DNA of 64,000 nt from a bacterium (GTDB taxonomy: Bacteria; JAAXHH01). The notes under the pieces were generated by a model. It was not told the origin of the DNA. It made no database searches and saw only the letters and a program-made list of their open reading frames with translations. The DNA lies in NCBI GenBank assembly GCA_965242885.1, contig CBDETH010000008.1:1442225-1506224 (forward strand), given 5' to 3'. A program made the translations under genes and the position numbers. Shown here piece by piece: positions 59,898-64,000 of the stretch (the first letter of the stretch is position 1; the number at the start of each line of letters is the position of its first letter).

Positions 59898-60321
59898 GAT
59901 CTCCTCTGGGAGGCGGCAGTCTGTTAGACGGCGCTCTGACAGACGGCAGTCTGTTACCCGATGGCAGCCAGTCCGTCACCCGATGTTTGAAGTGGCTTAA
60001 GGTGCCCCAGGGCATTGCTCACGGTCACAAAAATACCTTGCAACGGGGTAGTCCCGGTCTTATCATTTTGAATCATTACAACAGTTTCCAAGACGGAAAC
60101 AATTAGTACATTTCCCAAACCAGAACTTCGTACTGCGATTCCCGGTACAGTCAATGTCCGGCCCGGATACGGTTGCCGGACGGCCGTGAAACTCGTAAGA
60201 CTCACGAAGAGTAACATTCACGGCTCATTTGATGACGAGGAAGCGTATGAGTGGGCGTGACGGTAAAGGTCAATCAGGGGATAGGCCCGGGTCGCCTGCG
60301 CCGTTGTTAACGCGGAGGACC

Positions 60322-61611
60322 ATGTTGCGCCGCGGCCTGGCGGGACTGCTTGCGGTTTCCTGCGCGGGCTTGAAGGACGCCGGTACCTTTTTTGGAGGTT
60401 TGAACATGGTCTCAGCACAGGAAACGGAAACGGGGTTCGAAGGCGCGACGGATGATGAGATCATCCTGGGCATGTCGGCCGCGTTCTCCGGTCCTTCCAG
60501 GGGTCTTGGCAGCGAGCTGTACCGCGGCGCCATGGCCTATTTCAATCATGTAAACGACAACGGCGGCGTGGCCGGACGCAAGATCACCCTGAAGCTCTAC
60601 GACGACGGTTACCAGCCGGATCCATGCGTCCGGAACACCATGAAGCTCATGCTCGAAGACAACGTGTTCCTGCTCTTCGGGTACGTGGGCACGCCGACCG
60701 TTACGCGGGTGCTGCCCCTGCTGAAGAAGTTCCAGGACGAGCAGGTCTACCTGTTCTTTCCCTTTACCGGCGCCCAGCCCCAGCGGGAGCCGCCGTACGG
60801 TGATTTCGCCTTCAACCTCAGGGCGTCCTACCGGCAGGAAACGGCCGGTCTCGTCAACAACTTCCTCGCCGCGGGCAAAAGAAGAATCGGCGTGTTCTAC
60901 CAGGCCGACGCCTATGGAAGAAGCGGATGGGCCGGAGTAAGGGCGGCGCTGGACCGGCACGGCGAACGGCTCGCGGGCGAGGCGACCTACCGCCGGGGCT
61001 CGCGTTTCACCGGCAGCATGCGGGAGCAGGTGGAGATCCTCAAGTCCAATTCTCCGGATGCCGTCATCTGCATCGGGTCGTACGCGGCCTGTGCGGCCTT
61101 CGCCCGCGACGCGGTGGACCGCGACCTTCGCGTACCCATCGCGAATCTGTCGTTCGTGGGCAGCGAGAACATGCTCCAGTTGCTCAGCGATCTGGGGGAG
61201 GACGTGGAGACCTACTCCCGTTACCTCGTCAATTCCCAGGTGGTCCCGAGCTACGAGGACACGTCCATTCCCGCCGTTCGGGAGTACCGCGAACTGATGG
61301 AACGCTACGATCCGGCGGTTCCCGAGGAACTCGTCCAGGAGTCGTACAGCCCCTTTCCACAGAGTTTCGTGAGTCTCGAGGGTTTTCTGGACGCCAAGCT
61401 GATGACCGAGATCCTGCGGCGCCTGGGAGGAAGTCCCGACCGCGACGGGCTGGAGGAAGCCGTGTTCTCGGTCGACAACTACGATCTCGGGATCGGCGAG
61501 CGGGTCTCCTTCGGACCGGACCGCCGGCAGGGTCTGCAGACCGTATACTATACCGTCGTCCAGGAGGGCCGGTTCGTGACCCTGGAGGACTGGCAAGGCT
61601 GGCTATCCTAG
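60322..61611 (+). CDS. Type I periplasmic binding protein, LivK/branched-chain amino-acid-binding family; probable lipoprotein
   Basis: ILGMSAAFSGPSRGLGSELYRGAMAYFNHVNDNGGVAGRKITLKLYDDGYQP is typical of Leu/Ile/Val-binding-protein homologs. Signal MLRRGLAGLLAVSCAG has a lipobox-like AVSC. SD ggagga precedes ATG 60322; the ORF frame extends to 60229. Confidence 0.7.
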   Translation: MLRRGLAGLLAVSCAGLKDAGTFFGGLNMVSAQETETGFEGATDDEIILGMSAAFSGPSRGLGSELYRGAMAYFNHVNDNGGVAGRKITLKLYDDGYQPDPCVRNTMKLMLEDNVFLLFGYVGTPTVTRVLPLLKKFQDEQVYLFFPFTGAQPQREPPYGDFAFNLRASYRQETAGLVNNFLAAGKRRIGVFYQADAYGRSGWAGVRAALDRHGERLAGEATYRRGSRFTGSMREQVEILKSNSPDAVICIGSYAACAAFARDAVDRDLRVPIANLSFVGSENMLQLLSDLGEDVETYSRYLVNSQVVPSYEDTSIPAVREYRELMERYDPAVPEELVQESYSPFPQSFVSLEGFLDAKLMTEILRRLGGSPDRDGLEEAVFSVDNYDLGIGERVSFGPDRRQGLQTVYYTVVQEGRFVTLEDWQGWLS

Positions 61612-61612
61612 C

Positions 61613-62368
61613 ATGAAAGTACAGAAGCTCTTCCAGCGCACCCGCTTCGGGATCTTCCTGCTCTTCGGCGTCATCGTCCTCTGCACGTCCGCCCTGTGTA
61701 TATACACTGTAGATACGCAGTTGACGTCGGAGTACGAGACCAACAGCCAGAATATCGCCAAGAGCATCGCCGACTCCAGTGTCGACATCCTGCTCAACCG
61801 GAACCTGGCCACGCTGCAGTCGATGATTGATCAGTTCGTCGAGATCCAGGGCATCCGGTATATCTACATCACCAGCGAGGACGGCGAGTATCTCGCCCAT
61901 ACCTTCGTGCCGGGGATTCCCGAGGAAATACTGGCAAGCGATCACGCGAATACCGAGCCGGTGGAGCGAAGCATCCCCGGCCTGGGTGATTTCCTGGAGG
62001 TCGGCAGCCCCATCCTGGCGGGTGTCGCGGGCACGGTGCACGTAGGCATGGACCAGGACGAGGTCGCTCTCAAGATCCAGCGCGCCATCGGCCAGCAGGT
62101 CATCCTCATCTGCATATTCCTGGTCGTGGGCGTCCTCGCGTCGATCTGGCTGGTCAATCTCGCCGCGAAGCCCCTTGCGGAACTGCTGGCGTACGCCGTC
62201 AACCTCGCGGGCAACAAAGAGCCGGAGACGACGTCCGACGATCTCCTCGGACGCGACGATGAAGTGGGCGACCTGGCCCGCCTCTTCCAACACATTTCCG
62301 ATCAGCCGTCCGGTTCCGGTACGTCCGGATCCGGTGCACCCGGCGCGCCACCGGGAAACGCCCGGTAA
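61613..62368 (+). CDS. Membrane sensor stub: TM - periplasmic domain - TM - HAMP-like helix, with no output domain
   Basis: Two TM segments flank a ~150-aa extracytoplasmic domain; a HAMP-like amphipathic region (AKPLAELLAYAVNLAG...DEVGDLARLFQ); a Ser/Gly/Pro tail. Starts 2 nt after the binding-protein stop. Confidence 0.45.
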   Translation: MKVQKLFQRTRFGIFLLFGVIVLCTSALCIYTVDTQLTSEYETNSQNIAKSIADSSVDILLNRNLATLQSMIDQFVEIQGIRYIYITSEDGEYLAHTFVPGIPEEILASDHANTEPVERSIPGLGDFLEVGSPILAGVAGTVHVGMDQDEVALKIQRAIGQQVILICIFLVVGVLASIWLVNLAAKPLAELLAYAVNLAGNKEPETTSDDLLGRDDEVGDLARLFQHISDQPSGSGTSGSGAPGAPPGNAR

Positions 62369-62382
62369 GAGGAGGATAAGCG

Positions 62383-63690
62383 ATGCGCATTCCCCGAAGC
62401 GCCATCGCGCTCTTCTGCACGGCGCTTCAGATCTGCTTCGGTACGGTCTACGCCTGGAGCTTCTTTCAGACGATTCTGGTGCGCCAGATCGGCTGGACGC
62501 ACACCGAGACGGCCTGGGCTTTCAGCATCGCCATCTTCACCCTCGGCGTGTCGGCGGCGTGGGCCGGGAACATGCTGCCGAAGATGGGTCCGCGCAAACT
62601 CGCGCTGATCGGCAGTTTCATGTTTGCATGCGGGTACCTGATCTCGGGCCTTGCGCTGGAGATGGAGTATATCCCGCTGTTCTATCTCGGATACGGGGTG
62701 GTCGGCGGCGCCGGCATCGGGCTGGGATACGTCACGCCGGTCGCGACGGTCGCCAAGTGGTTTCCGGACCGCAAGGGACTGGCTACCGGTATCGTGGTCA
62801 TGGGGTTCGGGGTCGGCGCCTTTCTGCTCAGCAAGGGCCTGGCGCCTTTCCTCATTGTGCGGACCGCGGGCGCCCTGCCGGAAGTCTTCATCTGGCTCGG
62901 CATCATCTTCGCCCTGATTCTCATCCCCTGCAGCCTGGCCCTGTCCGATCCGCCGCCGGATGCCACGGGTCCTTCGACTTTGGCCTCTGCCGATCCCGAC
63001 GAGGCCGACGAACCGAAGTACGCCCGAACCTACCTGGGCACCACGCAGTTTGTCTTCATGTGGATCGTCTTCTTCTTCAACATCGCGGCCGGGATTTCGG
63101 TCGTCAGCTTTCAGTCGGAGATCCTCCAGGAGATCTGGGGCCTGGCGGATGACAGCATCGAACCGACCGTCCTGGCCGAATACGGCGCCACGCTCATCGC
63201 GGTGAGTTCGATCTGCAACGGTCTCGGAAGGCTCTTCTGGGGATTGCTGTCCGACCGGTTCGGCAGGGTGACCGTCTTCCGGGTGCTGCTCGGCAGCCAG
63301 ATGGTGGTCTTCGGCATTCTGATGACCGAAACCAATCCGTGGATTTTCTCCGCCCTGGTCTGCTACGTGCTGCTCTGTTTCGGCGGCGGTTTCGCCACCA
63401 TGCCTTCCTTCGTCCTCGACGTGTTCGGCACGAAGAAGATGTCCACCATCTACGGTGCAGTGCTGACCGCGTGGGCGGCCGCGGGGATTTTCGGACCGCT
63501 GTACGTGGGATACCTCAAGGACGTCTATCCCGACCGTGCGGTCATGTACTGCTTCCTCATCGGGATCCTCATGCTCGGAGCCGGCTACCTGTTCTCCTAC
63601 TTGCTGAACGACGGCCGGATCCGCCTGGGTCGCCCGACGCTCGAGACTACGCTGCAGCGGTACGGGATCGCCGTGCCGGGGCGGGGTTGA
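62383..63690 (+). CDS. MFS transporter, oxalate/formate antiporter (OFA) family
   Basis: 12-TM MFS layout. N-terminal block CTALQICFGTVYAWSFFQ...GWTHTETAWAFSIAIFTLG is typical of OFA/OxlT-like members. Confidence 0.8.
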   Translation: MRIPRSAIALFCTALQICFGTVYAWSFFQTILVRQIGWTHTETAWAFSIAIFTLGVSAAWAGNMLPKMGPRKLALIGSFMFACGYLISGLALEMEYIPLFYLGYGVVGGAGIGLGYVTPVATVAKWFPDRKGLATGIVVMGFGVGAFLLSKGLAPFLIVRTAGALPEVFIWLGIIFALILIPCSLALSDPPPDATGPSTLASADPDEADEPKYARTYLGTTQFVFMWIVFFFNIAAGISVVSFQSEILQEIWGLADDSIEPTVLAEYGATLIAVSSICNGLGRLFWGLLSDRFGRVTVFRVLLGSQMVVFGILMTETNPWIFSALVCYVLLCFGGGFATMPSFVLDVFGTKKMSTIYGAVLTAWAAAGIFGPLYVGYLKDVYPDRAVMYCFLIGILMLGAGYLFSYLLNDGRIRLGRPTLETTLQRYGIAVPGRG

Positions 63691-63726
63691 GCTGGGTGAC
63701 GGCGCTACGGGATCGCCGTGCCGGGG
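63661..63726. repeat. 21-bp direct repeat (tacgggatcgccgtgccgggg) duplicated across the 3' end of the MFS gene
   Basis: Copies at 63661-63681 (inside the CDS, just before the stop) and 63706-63726 (intergenic). Confidence 0.8.
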
Positions 63727-63793
63727 TTTAGAAGCGGGACAGCGCAAATCCGTTTTTCTTTCAATATAGAGTGAAATTCACGGGGGAAATACG

Positions 63794-64000
63794 ATGCCAC
63801 GCCTGAGATTGGGGTTCATAATCGTCTTACTGCTGGGTCTGGATGCATCTCCAGTTTTTGCGCAGGGGGTTACGGGATCCGTCCAGGTGGGCACGCTCGG
63901 GATCGGGGCGCAGGTCGCGACGCCACTCGCAAGCCGGATCAACTTCCGAGGCGGCCTCGATTTTCAGCCGGTCAGCTTCGAAGTACTCGCGGATGATGTG
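63794..64000 (+). CDS. Secreted / outer-membrane protein, 5' partial (truncated at the window end)
   Basis: Signal peptide MPRLRLGFIIVLLLGLDASPVFAQG followed by a beta-strand-like segment; the ORF runs off the window. Confidence 0.3.
   Translation, partial: MPRLRLGFIIVLLLGLDASPVFAQGVTGSVQVGTLGIGAQVATPLASRINFRGGLDFQPVSFEVLADDV

Noticed and set aside
59898-60321. ~420-bp gap upstream of the binding-protein gene, inspected for a small gene, riboswitch or tRNA
   Set aside because: Only short antisense ORFs without motifs. No cloverleaf-like or obvious conserved riboswitch structure recognisable by eye. Left unannotated; a covariance-model search (Rfam) would be needed.

Overview
This is a ~64 kb, high-GC (~65%), gene-dense bacterial chromosomal segment with no rRNA, tRNA, CRISPR array or obvious mobile element seen by eye. 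The gene families present (DUF4097, DUF5916, DUF2911, GYD, bacillithiol genes, W-AOR) tentatively suggest a Gemmatimonadota- or FCB-like lineage.

Main contents, 5' to 3':
- an FTR-catalytic-subunit-like thiol-redox protein
- several class I SAM methyltransferases, two of which are paralogs
- an AorABC-type tungsten aldehyde:ferredoxin oxidoreductase locus with a tandemly duplicated catalytic subunit, a ferredoxin-like subunit and a FAD subunit
- two outer-membrane beta-barrel proteins
- a threonine/serine dehydratase
- three tandem DUF4097 paralogs
- an epimerase-PhyH pair
- a (-)-strand bacillithiol operon, bshA-bshB1-bshC, translationally coupled to an MMPL/RND exporter
- three paralogous ~665-683 aa polytopic membrane proteins of unknown family
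- a complete histidine-utilisation operon (hutU-hutH-hutI-hutF plus a creatininase-family hydrolase in the HutG position)
- a small-molecule tailoring cluster (PhyH, cupin, GNAT, two methyltransferases, a Tat-exported class V PLP enzyme)
- a LivK-like lipoprotein binding protein, a HAMP sensor stub and an OFA-type MFS transporter

The most unusual locus is at 34.1-46.2 kb. One of the three membrane-protein paralogs is translationally coupled to a 1522-aa fusion protein that carries a seemingly catalytically degenerate M28/PA ectodomain on a double FtsX-like permease. No ABC ATPase is encoded nearby. The locus appears to form a six-gene operon closed by a bidirectional hairpin terminator.

The window also carries at least nine short tandem-repeat arrays (12-34 bp units). 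One is an in-frame 30-bp x5 array that reiterates the start codon of a methyltransferase. Another is a GATC-rich 12-bp array in the divergent promoter region upstream of the first membrane-protein paralog.
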